From: an uncultured Chloroflexia bacterium
Lineage (GTDB): Bacteria; Chloroflexota; Chloroflexia; Thermomicrobiales; UBA6265
NCBI GenBank assembly: GCA_963724295.1
Contig: CAVRUC010000008.1
Coordinates: 128,001-192,000 of the forward strand
DNA length: 64,000 nucleotides
Reading direction: 5' to 3'
Shown piece after piece: positions 1-9,875 of this stretch. Position 1 is the stretch's first letter. The number at the start of each line of letters is the position of its first letter. The translations under genes and the position numbers were made by a program. Below the pieces are notes generated by a model. That model was not told the DNA's origin, searched no databases, and saw nothing but the letters and a program-made list of their open reading frames with translations.

Positions 1-2
1 AG

Positions 3-917
3 CAAGGTGAGGCGGATACCAGCCCCTCCGGCAGAATCGAGGTTGAAAAGTCCGTGGTGCGGACGGTCGACCGCCTGATCGCCCAGTGCCCCGCCGAACG
101 GGACGAGCTGCTGGCTGACTACGGCGCGCGGGCGGACCAGATCGCCCTGATTCCGTCCGCGGTCGATACCGATCGCTTCAAGCCAGTCGCCAGGAGCATC
201 GCGCGCCGGACGCTCGGGATCGACCCAATGGCCGAGGTGATCGCCTACATCGGGCGAATCGTCCCTCGCAAGGACGTGCGCAACATCATCCGGGCGCTGG
301 CACAGCTCAAAGCCCGCCGCCTCGCCGCGGGCATTACCGCGATGCCGACGCTACTAATCGTCGGGGGAGAAACAGAGCAACCTGACCCGGCCGCCACACC
401 GGAGATCGGCGTACTGCAGGCGCTGGCGGCTGAGCTCGGCGTGCTGGATCACGTGACATGCGTGGGTCGTCGGCAGCCGGACGAGCTTCATCTCTGGTAC
501 GCGGCGGCCGATGTTGCCGTCACCACGCCCTGGTACGAGCCGTTCGGGCTCACACCGCTGGAGTCCATGGCATGCGGCGTGCCTGTCATCGGGTCGTGTG
601 TCGGCGGCATCGCCTTCACCGTCGCCGATGGCGAGACCGGGTATCTGGTGCCACCCCGCGATCCCGAAGCGCTCTGCGACCGGCTCGCTGACGTCCTGGG
701 CGATCCGGAACGGAGCCTGCTCATGGGTCAGGCAGGGCGTGCCAGAGTCCTCCACTCGTTCACCTGGCAGCAGGTCGCCATGCGCACTGCCGAGCTGTAT
801 GACGACCTCCTGCGCGAACGCCTGGCGCTCTCCTCAGCCCGTCGGCCGGCCCTGACGCGTGATGACCCGGTCGTACCGCGGCAGCCGCACATGCAAACGC
901 AAGGAGTTCGAGCGTGA
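3..917 (+). CDS. Glycosyltransferase family 4 (MshA-like), 5'-truncated by the window edge
   Basis: Frame is open from base 3. GT-B motifs IGRIVPRK and PWYEPFGLTPLESMACGVPVIGS. Stop overlaps the next start (GTGA). Confidence 0.9.
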   Translation, partial: QGEADTSPSGRIEVEKSVVRTVDRLIAQCPAERDELLADYGARADQIALIPSAVDTDRFKPVARSIARRTLGIDPMAEVIAYIGRIVPRKDVRNIIRALAQLKARRLAAGITAMPTLLIVGGETEQPDPAATPEIGVLQALAAELGVLDHVTCVGRRQPDELHLWYAAADVAVTTPWYEPFGLTPLESMACGVPVIGSCVGGIAFTVADGETGYLVPPRDPEALCDRLADVLGDPERSLLMGQAGRARVLHSFTWQQVAMRTAELYDDLLRERLALSSARRPALTRDDPVVPRQPHMQTQGVRA

Positions 918-1657
918 CCGACCACCAATTGGCGCAAAAGATCGCATTCGTCACCGGCGCTGGCAGTGGCCTGGGCGAAGCGACCGCGCGCCGGCTGGCT
1001 GCCGCGGGGGCGTGCGTCACCTGCATCGATCTCGACGAGGAGCGCGCGCGCGGCACAGCGGCGGCGATTGACGCTTCAGGCGCGAGGGCGATCGGTGTCG
1101 GTTGCGACGTCGGCGATGAACGCGCCGTGCAAATGGCGGTCGACCGCACGCTGCAGACCTGGAACCGCATCGATATTGCCGTCAATTGCGCGGGTGTCGA
1201 CTATGTGCTGGGGATCGACGAGATAACGGTCGCGCAATGGGACCGGGTGATCGGCGTCAATCTGCGCGGTCCCTTCCTCGTCGCCAAGGCGGTCTTTCCG
1301 GTCATGAAGCGACTCGGCGGCGGCGATATCGTCAACGTGGCCTCGACCGCCGCCCTGCGTGCCTGGGGGAACGCCTCCGCCTACCACGCGTCGAAATGGG
1401 GTCTGGTTGGATTCAGTCGCGGGCTCGGGGTAGAGGGCCGCGCCGACGGCATCCGGGTAACGACGATCATCCCGGGGGGGATGAATACCCATTGGTTCGA
1501 TCGCTTTCCGGAGCAAGGGATCCCGCTCCCCGACCAGGGCAATCTGCAGGATCCCGCGAACGTCGCCGACGCCATCGCCTACGCCGTGGCACTCCCGCGC
1601 GGCTCCGTGATGCAGGAGATGCTGATCACGCCCCTCTCGGAAACGAGCTGGCCATGA
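914..1657 (+). CDS. SDR family oxidoreductase
   Basis: TGAGSGLG Rossmann motif, NCAG, catalytic YHASK; GGAG RBS upstream. Confidence 0.93.
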   Translation: MTDHQLAQKIAFVTGAGSGLGEATARRLAAAGACVTCIDLDEERARGTAAAIDASGARAIGVGCDVGDERAVQMAVDRTLQTWNRIDIAVNCAGVDYVLGIDEITVAQWDRVIGVNLRGPFLVAKAVFPVMKRLGGGDIVNVASTAALRAWGNASAYHASKWGLVGFSRGLGVEGRADGIRVTTIIPGGMNTHWFDRFPEQGIPLPDQGNLQDPANVADAIAYAVALPRGSVMQEMLITPLSETSWP

Positions 1658-2739
1658 TCGCCGTACGATCCCCCTTGCGCATCAGCTTCGGCGGCGGCGG
1701 CACCGATCTCCCGGCCTACTACGAGCGGTTCGGCGGGATGGTCGTCAGCGCGGCGATCACTCCTGCCTGCCATGTGTCATTAGCGCCGCACGCGGGCACC
1801 GGCGTTACGGTCGAATCCCGCGATTTCCGGCTCGCCATCAGGGTGCCGTCACGGCGGCAGGTCGTGATCCGGGAACCACTGTCGCTGCCGCGGGCGGTCC
1901 TCACGTGGTTCGACGAACGGGGACTCTTCCCCGACGGCGTTCGCATCACGACGCGGGCGGATGTGCCGCCAGGCAGTGGTCTCGGCTCATCGAGCGCGAT
2001 GACCGTCGCCCTGGTGTCGGCAATCGCTTCCCATGTCTGCCTGCCGTTGACGCCACGGATGGCTGCCGAGATCGCCTGCGAGATCGAGATCGATCTTCTC
2101 GGGCGGCCCATCGGTCGTCAGGATCAATACGCATCGGCGCTGGGCGGGCTCAACACGATCACCTTCTCATCCGATGGGGTGGCCGTCACACCGATGCCCA
2201 TGCCGCCATCGACGCGGCAAGCGCTTCAGGATCACCTCCTGTTGGTTTCGACGCGCCGGACACGCGACTCCGCCAACGTGCTGCGGGCGCAGCGTGCCGC
2301 AACGGGCACCGATGGCGAGGTCACGCGTCGCCTGCATCGCATCAAGGAGCTGGCCGCCGCCATGGCGACGGCGCTGGTGGCCGGCGATCTGCCCGGGTTC
2401 GGAGCACTGCTGCACGAAAGCTGGCTGGTCAAGCGCGGCCTCGCGCAGGGGGTGAGCTCGACGGAGATCGACCGCTGGTACCAGATCGCCCGGGACCGAG
2501 GCGCTTATGGCGGCAAGATCACCGGAGCGGGCGGCGGGGGTTTCTTCCTCTTCTGCGTGCCCCCGCATCGCCGCGAGGACGTGATCCTCGGTCTCCGCGA
2601 CGCCGGTCTCGTGCCGTTGCCGTTCGCCTTCGACGACCAGGGGTGCATCGTGCGCGATCATCCGGTCCCCGGCGCCGCTCCATCCCGATCGCGGTTCACG
2701 ATGAAAGGACCCGCCCATGAGACGGCCAATGCCCGTTAG
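1654..2739 (+). CDS. hddA: GHMP kinase, D-glycero-alpha-D-manno-heptose-7-phosphate kinase-like
   Basis: PLRISFGGGGTD, PPGSGLGSSS, GRQDQY and GGKITGAGGGG motifs. ATGA overlap with the SDR stop fixes the start at 1654. Confidence 0.85.
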   Translation: MIAVRSPLRISFGGGGTDLPAYYERFGGMVVSAAITPACHVSLAPHAGTGVTVESRDFRLAIRVPSRRQVVIREPLSLPRAVLTWFDERGLFPDGVRITTRADVPPGSGLGSSSAMTVALVSAIASHVCLPLTPRMAAEIACEIEIDLLGRPIGRQDQYASALGGLNTITFSSDGVAVTPMPMPPSTRQALQDHLLLVSTRRTRDSANVLRAQRAATGTDGEVTRRLHRIKELAAAMATALVAGDLPGFGALLHESWLVKRGLAQGVSSTEIDRWYQIARDRGAYGGKITGAGGGGFFLFCVPPHRREDVILGLRDAGLVPLPFAFDDQGCIVRDHPVPGAAPSRSRFTMKGPAHETANAR

Positions 2740-3373
2740 TCCCGAAGTTCCGCTGCAGACCCTGCTGCGGGACTATTGGGACGAAGTCGCTAACGTCGCG
2801 GCTCTGGTCGATCTCGACTGCCTGGAGCGAGTGGCGATCATGCTGCTGAGCTGCCAGGCGCGCGGGCGCGTCGTCTTCGTCGTCGGCAACGGCGGTAGCG
2901 CGGCGACGGCGTCCCATTTCGCCTGTGACCTGAGCAAGGGGACGCGACGCGACGGACCGCCAACGTTTCACGTGGTCTCGCTGACCGACAACGTGCCGTT
3001 GCTGACCGCATGGGCCAACGACAGCGGCTACGAGCGCGTGTTCTCCGAGCAGCTCACGGCGCTGGCGCGGCCCGGCGACCTCCTGGTTGCCATCTCGGCG
3101 AGTGGCAATTCGCCGAATGTGGTCGCCGCGATCGATGCGGCGCGGTCGTGCGGCATGGCCGTTGTCGGTCTCTCCGGTCGCTCGGGTGGACGCCTCGCGC
3201 ACCTGGCGGACGTCGTCGTGAACGTGCCGTCGGATCGCATCGAGGTCGTCGAGGACGCCCATCTGGTGGTGGCCCACAGCCTGTGCGTCGCCGTGCGCGA
3301 GCGACTCGCCTCAGGCGAGACCCCTGTTCCCACCAGCCTCACCGTCGTGCCGGGCCGACGCGCCGGCCGCTGA
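2717..3373 (+). CDS. gmhA: Phosphoheptose isomerase (SIS domain)
   Basis: GNGGSAATASH, TAWAND, ISASGNSPNV, EDAHL; start could be 2729. Confidence 0.88.
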   Translation: MRRPMPVSPEVPLQTLLRDYWDEVANVAALVDLDCLERVAIMLLSCQARGRVVFVVGNGGSAATASHFACDLSKGTRRDGPPTFHVVSLTDNVPLLTAWANDSGYERVFSEQLTALARPGDLLVAISASGNSPNVVAAIDAARSCGMAVVGLSGRSGGRLAHLADVVVNVPSDRIEVVEDAHLVVAHSLCVAVRERLASGETPVPTSLTVVPGRRAGR

Positions 3374-3441
3374 TGATGAAGCGCAACAGTTACCCGAAAC
3401 GCAAAGGGTTCTAGCATCGCTTTGCGTATTTAGCGCTGCTT

Positions 3442-4881
3442 CTACCTGCGGCGCTTCTTGCGGTTCTTGTCACCGACATGGAGCACCCCTTCGTTGGTGC
3501 CATCCGGATCATTCGGCAAGACGACGTCTCTGCGTGTACTCAGGAGATGGGCCTTGACGTCAGCCGGACTCGCACCCCGGTTGTCCGCGAGATAGAGTGC
3601 GGCCGCGCCGGCAACGTGCGGGGAGGCCACACTCGTCCCGGATCCCCTCGCGTATCCACCCAGGACGGTCGAGAGCGTGTTCACCCCGGGGGCGGCAATG
3701 TCGACGTCGGCGCCGAAGTTGCTAAAGCTCGCCAGGGAGTCGTCCGGTCCAGCCGATGTCGCGGGACCGTCCCCACCCTGGCGGCCATCCGAGTCGGCCA
3801 AGGCCGAGACGGTGATCACTTCGTCGTACGCCGCGGGAACTGTGCTCGTCGCATCCTTGCTGTCGTTGCCGGCGGCGACGACCACCGGGACGCCGGCGTC
3901 CACTACCCGGCAGACTGCGCTGTGCAGTGCGTCGTTGTCCGAACACGTACTGTCCGAACCGGGCGCACCGAGACTCATGTTGACGACGTCGATCTTGTCG
4001 CTATTGGCAACGACCCAATCCAATCCACAAATGACTTCTGACCACCAGCCGCGCTTGTCGCTGTGGAGCACTTTGACCGCCCAGAGACGTGCGCCAGGCG
4101 CAACGCCGACCACCCCAAAGCTGTTATCCAGGGCACCGATGGTACCGGCGACGTGGGTGCCGTGCCCGTTATCGTCCTCGTAGCTCGTGTTGCCCGCAAC
4201 GCATGAGATGCCGCCGGCCACGTTCAAATCGGGGTGCGGGCCTATTCCGGTGTCGAGCACCGCCACATCGACATCCACCCGCTCATCACTGCCGTTGATC
4301 TTTGCTGTCGCGTTCTGGTCCGCATCGATCCGATTGATCCCCGTCGGGACGGTCTGCTCAAAGGCACGGACCTGCCGGTCAGGTACGACGGACTCGACCA
4401 GTGGGTCGTTGCGGACATCGTCGAGCTGGTCGTCCGGGATGACCGCGGCAAATCCATCGAGGATTTCTTCGTACACATGGGTGATGACAACATCAGCTGA
4501 TTCCGAGGCGATGGTGCTGGCGGTCCGCTCTGGGTCAGCCCTGCCGGGCTTGAGGACCACGATGTAGCGATCCTCGGCACTCTTGCCCCTTCCCGCTCCC
4601 GGGCCGGAGCGGTCCCGATTCTTGTCCTTCTGCTCGCGGCCTGCTTTCCCGTCCTTCGATTTCTTATCTTGCTGGCGGTTCTGCTGCCCGGGGTCGTGCT
4701 TGTGTTCCCGCTTCACCCGCCGAGAGGTCAATTCGGGACCGGCGTGTCCTGGAGCGGCACCGGGCGCGCTGGAAGTCCCGGCCGCCACCGGGTTGGGGAT
4801 CAGCAGCCCCGACAGCGTCCCCGAGAAGGCAAGAGACAGGATGAGGGTGAGATTGAGGAGCGAAATCGAGTGCCGTCCCAT
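3442..4881 (-). CDS. S8 subtilisin-like serine protease with signal peptide and I9 prodomain
   Basis: Catalytic triad motifs LDTG, HGTHVAG, GTSVASPHVAG; AAGN oxyanion motif; YIVVLK I9 start. Confidence 0.93.
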   Translation of the reverse strand: MGRHSISLLNLTLILSLAFSGTLSGLLIPNPVAAGTSSAPGAAPGHAGPELTSRRVKREHKHDPGQQNRQQDKKSKDGKAGREQKDKNRDRSGPGAGRGKSAEDRYIVVLKPGRADPERTASTIASESADVVITHVYEEILDGFAAVIPDDQLDDVRNDPLVESVVPDRQVRAFEQTVPTGINRIDADQNATAKINGSDERVDVDVAVLDTGIGPHPDLNVAGGISCVAGNTSYEDDNGHGTHVAGTIGALDNSFGVVGVAPGARLWAVKVLHSDKRGWWSEVICGLDWVVANSDKIDVVNMSLGAPGSDSTCSDNDALHSAVCRVVDAGVPVVVAAGNDSKDATSTVPAAYDEVITVSALADSDGRQGGDGPATSAGPDDSLASFSNFGADVDIAAPGVNTLSTVLGGYARGSGTSVASPHVAGAAALYLADNRGASPADVKAHLLSTRRDVVLPNDPDGTNEGVLHVGDKNRKKRRR

Positions 4882-5424
4882 CGAGGCCTTCCCGCGATGC
4901 GCCAGGGCCGGGGCCGGCAGATCGGATCCGGCCTAGAAGATGAACGAATGCTATGAGAGACGTTGTTGTGACCATCGGGCAAGTGACAACCGTTTATGAA
5001 CTGTTCCAAATAGTGGCGCGTTGAGTGCACGTTGTCAAGACGCTGGTGCTCTGCTAGCGCGGTTCCCCAAGTCGGGTGCGATGGGTCCAAGCAGGTCGTC
5101 AAGGAGTGTCGGAGCTTCGTCAATTGGTCTTCGCGGCGCACCGTTACGCGAATGTTCGCCACGGACGGTGGCTGCCACTCCCGGGGCCGATCGACCATGC
5201 CGGCTGGGTGGTAGTGCTCCCTCGCCAGAAAACCAGGACTTCCAGGGCAAAAAGCAGGGAGAAGGGTTTGCTTTGTGGTTGAGCCGGCTCACGGTACCGC
5301 AGCCAGGCGTTGAGCTATTTTCTCGACTCACGAAAGAGAGATGCCGTGAGCCTGGTCAGTCTTGCCCACTATCATTGCGACGGCTCAGTTGGGCGAGCCC
5401 ATCAGGACTGGCGTAGAGGGAAAC

Positions 5425-5790
5425 ATGGGACGGAAGCACTGGCTCATCTGGGACGGTGGGTGAGACTTCTGAAGAAGAACTGCCGCCTGGTTCAGGCGGC
5501 GTGACCAACAGCAGCGATTCGAGATCGTGTCCTTCCAGGAGTGTCCAAGTCCGCCGATGACTCCCGTGCTGCGCGAGCAAGCCCGCAAAGCGGTGCAAGT
5601 GATAACCGCCGATGGCCGCCAACTTTCCGCGGGCCGGGCGATCCTCTTTGCCCTGGACGAGATTCACTGGCATCCCAGCGCAGTTCGTCTCGCTGCACGG
5701 CGTCCATTCATCTGGCTCGTCGAGCTTGGCTACTGGATCGTCGCTCGCAACCGGCCGATCTTCGGTCGCTTTCTGTTTCGCTCGGAATGA
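5425..5790 (+). CDS. DCC-family (DUF393) thiol-disulfide oxidoreductase, putative selenoprotein with two in-frame TGA (UxxU)
   Basis: AGAGGG RBS and ATG at 5425 give MGRKHWLIWDGG*DF*RRTAAWFRRRDQQQRFEIVSFQ, in frame with ORF 5527-5790, which ends GYWIVARNR. The TGAs at 5461 and 5470 occupy the two Cys positions of DGxCxxC. Confidence 0.82.
5482..5500 (+). promoter_or_regulatory. Putative bacterial SECIS hairpin
   Basis: Perfect 8-bp stem GCCGCCTG/CAGGCGGC with a GTT apical loop, starting 9 nt after the second TGA. Confidence 0.7.
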
Positions 5791-5989
5791 GCGGATCCGG
5801 CCTCAACCATGTAAGGGCGCGGTCGCTGCTCTGGCGGTTGACCATGCCAATGTCGAGGATTGATCAACCAGCCGCGTAGCTGAATATTGGTTGGGCGGCC
5901 TCGCTCTTCATCGAGTGGTCGTAGGAGCCTACCGCCAGGAGGTGGCGACCCGACCGAACGTACGAGCTCGGCACACTCCGCATGCCGTC

Positions 5990-7682
5990 CTAGCAGACGT
6001 GATTCCAGAAGACTTTCTGCTGTACCGGACCGCGCTGGTTATCTTCCATCGTCTGTTGCCAAAGTTGCACGATTTCGAACGTCATGAGTTGGGATGGGGT
6101 CCCCGCGTGCGTTCCATTCCAGTTTCGGCAGATGTACTGACCGAGAGAGAGAAGGACATCCGAGTCACCCGAATTGGCGAGCGATTCGAACACCTTTCGC
6201 CAGCGCTCCTCACCGTTGAAGGTTGCGCGAACGTCGCTCGGCTCTCCCCATTCGACCTCCGCGACGAGATGTGGGTTGTCCTCGACTACGGACGGAAGCA
6301 AATCAATCTGCCGCCCGTCTTGCAACGTTCCTGGGACGATGAACCACATCGTGCTCTTGACGGGATATGGGGCGAACATCCCCCAGTACTGCGGGAGACC
6401 GAGGACGAAGCCGATCGGACGAACGACACCCGGCACTGCTGACACGGAAATCGTGGAGAGGTTCCATGCCAGGACAAACATCAAGCATGCGGTCGCGAAC
6501 AGGTTGACAACAAGCGACGCTCGCCGCGATGTGCGCAAGCCCACGTGCTGAGACGCTGGTACGGCCTCTCCTGTGCCCGGATGACCGGCGCGGGCAAGAG
6601 CACCATGACCAGAAGTCCCGAGCGGCAGTTCGGCAATCGATAAACGCCCGACGCCAGCCGGTGATAGGAGTCGCATCCAGGGCGCTGCCCAGGACGGGTG
6701 TCCGAGGCCGGCAACCGCCTGCCGGGCTGGTCGCACTCCAGAGAACAGCCGTCGTGGGTCCAATCGCATCCGGGGGACCAGCGATTCCCAGAACCAGCTC
6801 GGCAGGAAACAGACCATACACGCCGCGCCAATCCAGGGGAAGAAGCCAACAGCAAGTGTCATCGCAATACCGGCGTGCAAGCCCGACAACGCCGGCGATT
6901 CCTGCCATACGGGCCGGGACGGTGAAGAACGGAGAGAACAGCAAGAGTGGGGCGACGATTTCGAGTGCCAATGTGCCGAAGGTAAGCACTTTCAATAGGT
7001 CAGGAAACTGAAGCAGATACGCGCCGATCGGGGTTTCGAGTTGCTTCGCGCTCAAGGCGTAATAGAGCGCGGTGCCATCGACACGCCACTCAGGGCCAGT
7101 CTTGAGGAGCGCCGTGAACCAGTACACGAACGCGATCTGGAGGAATAAGCCGGCGGTGGCCACGGAGAGCACCCGTGTCGACGGCGGATCGGGCTCGGCT
7201 CCACGGAGGCGGTCGACCGACCAGCAGGCGCCAAGCGGCAGGAACATCGACCAGAACAACAACAGACGCAGCAATTCATCAGCGCTGTAGCCAACGAGGT
7301 AATTCCGCCACTGGATCGACATCACGAGGAGCCAGACGATGACGACCATGAGGCGGGTCCGATATCCAATGAGCATGGCCACGGCCGCTATTGCCGCAAT
7401 CGAGAAGAGCGCCCATTGAATTTCCGCGGTGCCATTGATGAAGTTCAGGGATAAGAGCCAGGGGTCGATCTTTTCGGCTTGAACACGTCGCGGGAGAATT
7501 CCACCATCCGAATAATGCACGGCAAGATTTGTCGCCCGGCTGGCGAGATCAAAAAGCACGGTCAGGGCAAGCACTATACGAAGCGCTGCAAGCGAGCGCA
7601 GGTCTGCGCCGAAAATCTCACGAAGCTTCAGCCGTCCCCAATCCCATCCCAACGTGGTTTTGCGACGGTTCGCCAAACGCAT
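5990..7682 (-). CDS. HTTM-domain membrane protein (vitamin K-dependent gamma-carboxylase-like), one frameshift near 6885
   Basis: DLRSLAALRI, YSDGGILPR, LRLLLFWSMFLPLG, K-x-GPEW and QYWGMFAP motifs, split over ORFs 6303-7682 and 5990-6889. Confidence 0.85.
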
Positions 7683-7855
7683 GGATTTCCTCGAGAGAGC
7701 TCGTGTGCAGTTTGGTGATTCACTGCCGACGGATAGTGTCGCACGAGCGCGCCCCCGTAACAGCCGAGGGCGCGACAGTGCAAATTGCCGGTTTTATGGA
7801 ATGGACTTACCCCTCCCCGGCTTGGGAGGGGTAAGACCGGTTCATGATTGCGTTG

Positions 7856-9875
7856 CTAGGCCACGCGGGTCCGCCAGGAGGCGAAGGCGGAAGCCGCAGC
7901 CATCACCATTGCCAGGAGTTGACCGATCCCGAGTGATGAACCCAGGCCCACGCCTGTGTCAGGAAGGTTCTTGGCCCCCGATTTCTCGGTGCCACCTTGC
8001 TCAGGTGCTCCTGATTGCTCAGGTGCTCCCGCGGGCGCAGCCTCGATCGATCGATCGGGGTTCGCTACGCCTGGTGCGGCCGGGGCGGCAGCTGGGGCAA
8101 CTGCCGGCACAGCGGCGCCAGGCGTCGTGACATCGACTGGACCACCTGTCCCGATGGGCAAGACATCGATCGCGGCAGATGACACTACGGGTAGCTCGGG
8201 TTGTGCTGCTCCCTGGAAGAACTCGATTCCAGATCCCGTGCTGGTTCCCGTTGTCGAGTTACCAGTCGTGGATCCATTCGAGTTGCCAGTCGTGGATCCG
8301 TTCGAGTTGCCATTCGTCGACCCGTTCGAGTTGCCATTCGTCGAGCCGCTCGTCGAGCCAGTTGTCGAGCCGGTTGTCGTGCCGGTTGTCTGACCAGTCG
8401 TCGTCCCAGTCGTGGAACCAGTTGTCTCACCAGTAGTGGAACCGGTTGTGGTGCCAGTCGTGGTCCCAGTCGTCGTGCCGGTGGTCTCGCCGGTCGTGGT
8501 CCCGGTTGTTGTTCCTGTCGTGGTCCCAGTCGTCTCACCAGTCGTCGTGCCGGTCGTCGTGCCGGTCGTTTCACCAGTGGTTGTCCCGGTCGTCTCACCG
8601 GTCGTGGTTCCGGTTGTCTCGCCGGTGGTGGTTCCAGTCGTCGTCCCCGTCGTAGTTCCGGTTGTCTCACCGGTTGTTGTCCCAGTGGTCTCACCGGTGG
8701 TTGTGCCAGTCGTCGTGCCAGTGGTCGACCCAGTCGTGGAACCGGTTGTTGAACCGTCCGTCGTTCCAGGGTTGCAGTGCGGGTTCTGATTTACCGCGTT
8801 GCCCTGGCTGGTGCACCCGGGAACATTGCCGTTCTCGTTGAGCGTATCGTCTCCATTTTCGCGGCCACAAGGCTCATCGCGAGGAGCGTTGCTCCCGCCC
8901 GCACAACCTACCCCACCGCCGGGTTGACCCTGATTGCCCGGAGGGGTGTTGCAGTCGGCTGTAGGATTTCCGGTGACGCACCCAGGATCCGGGTTGCTGT
9001 TCCCGTTGCCGGTGGTGCCACCCGCGTTGCCGGTGGTGCCACCCGCGTTGCCGGTGGTGCCGCCCGCGTTGCCGGTGGTGTCGCCCGCGTTGCCGTTCGT
9101 GCCGGTCGAGTTGCCGTTCGCGCCACCGGAGTTGTCGTTAGGACCGCCCGTGTCGTTGGGGCCACCGGGGTTACCGTTGGTGCCGCCCGGGTTGCCGTTT
9201 CCGTTTTCGTTGCCGGGGTTATCCGAGACGCCGCCGGTGCTGTTGCTCCCGTTGTCGTTCTGGTCGTTCCCGTTGCCGCCGGGGCCACCCGGGGTGTTGT
9301 TCGGGGTGTTGTTTCCGTCCTCGTTCCCATTACCGTTGGGGCCGCCTGCGTTGTCGTTGGCGCCACCCGGGTTGGTGTTTCCGTTGTCGTTCGCGTTGTT
9401 GTTGCCGTTGCCAGCGGAACCGCCGGCGTTGTTTTCGTTGCCGCTGTTGTTGCCGTTGTCACTAGGCCGCCATTGTTGTTGCCGTTGGCCGTCGCTGGGG
9501 CTGTTGTTGTTGCCGTTGTTCGCCGTTGTTCCCGTCATTGCTCGACTTAGCCGCGTTGTCGTTCTCCGCACCACCGCCACCGTCGTTTCCGCCACCCGCC
9601 TTCTTATTATTGGGCTTGGCAGCGACGATGAACTCAGCTCGCGTGGTCACCGATTCACCGGTTGCCCCGCCCACGGCAAGGTCGGGCTGAACAGACAGGT
9701 GGCTCTCGCCCACAGCCGCTTGCGCTATCTGCGGTCCAAAAGGTCCCCCTGGTAGCCCGATGGCAAGCGCCAACGCGGCGGTCGCTAGCAGTCCAGGAAC
9801 CTTGTTCCATCCTCGAGCCGCCCCCGACGGCGGCCTCCCCGTACTCCGTGCCGAACTCTTCACAGCAACCTCCAA
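7856..9875 (-). CDS. Secreted Gly/Asn/Thr-rich surface protein with C-terminal LPDTG sortase signal; frameshift(s) at ~9465-9520
   Basis: Signal peptide in ORF 9462-9875. ORF 7856-9595 ends with LPDTG, a hydrophobic helix and RTR. Confidence 0.8.
8255..8765 (-). repeat. Coding tandem repeats: 12-bp units (TTG[T/E/S]) and 24-bp units (ST[N/T]GNSNG)
   Basis: Visible in DNA and translation; synonymous variation between units. Confidence 0.9.
9004..9095 (-). repeat. Four 21-bp coding tandem repeats (GNAGGTT)
   Basis: cgttgccggtggtgccacccg x4, near identical. Confidence 0.9.

Noticed and set aside
1186..1653. N-terminal extension of the GHMP kinase (similarly ferritin 39208 and permease 53145)
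   Set aside because: Alternate-frame read-through of the upstream gene in high-GC DNA
5461..5472. TGAs as nonsense mutations or genome-wide UGA reassignment
   Set aside because: TGA is a normal stop in many genes here and Trp is TGG; both stops hit the catalytic Cys positions and are followed by a SECIS-like hairpin, so Sec is favoured (pseudogene not fully excluded)
8255..9100. Repeats as a CRISPR array or as antisense (VVPV)n proteins
   Set aside because: No spacers; codon-period repeats of the minus-strand CDS; no cas genes
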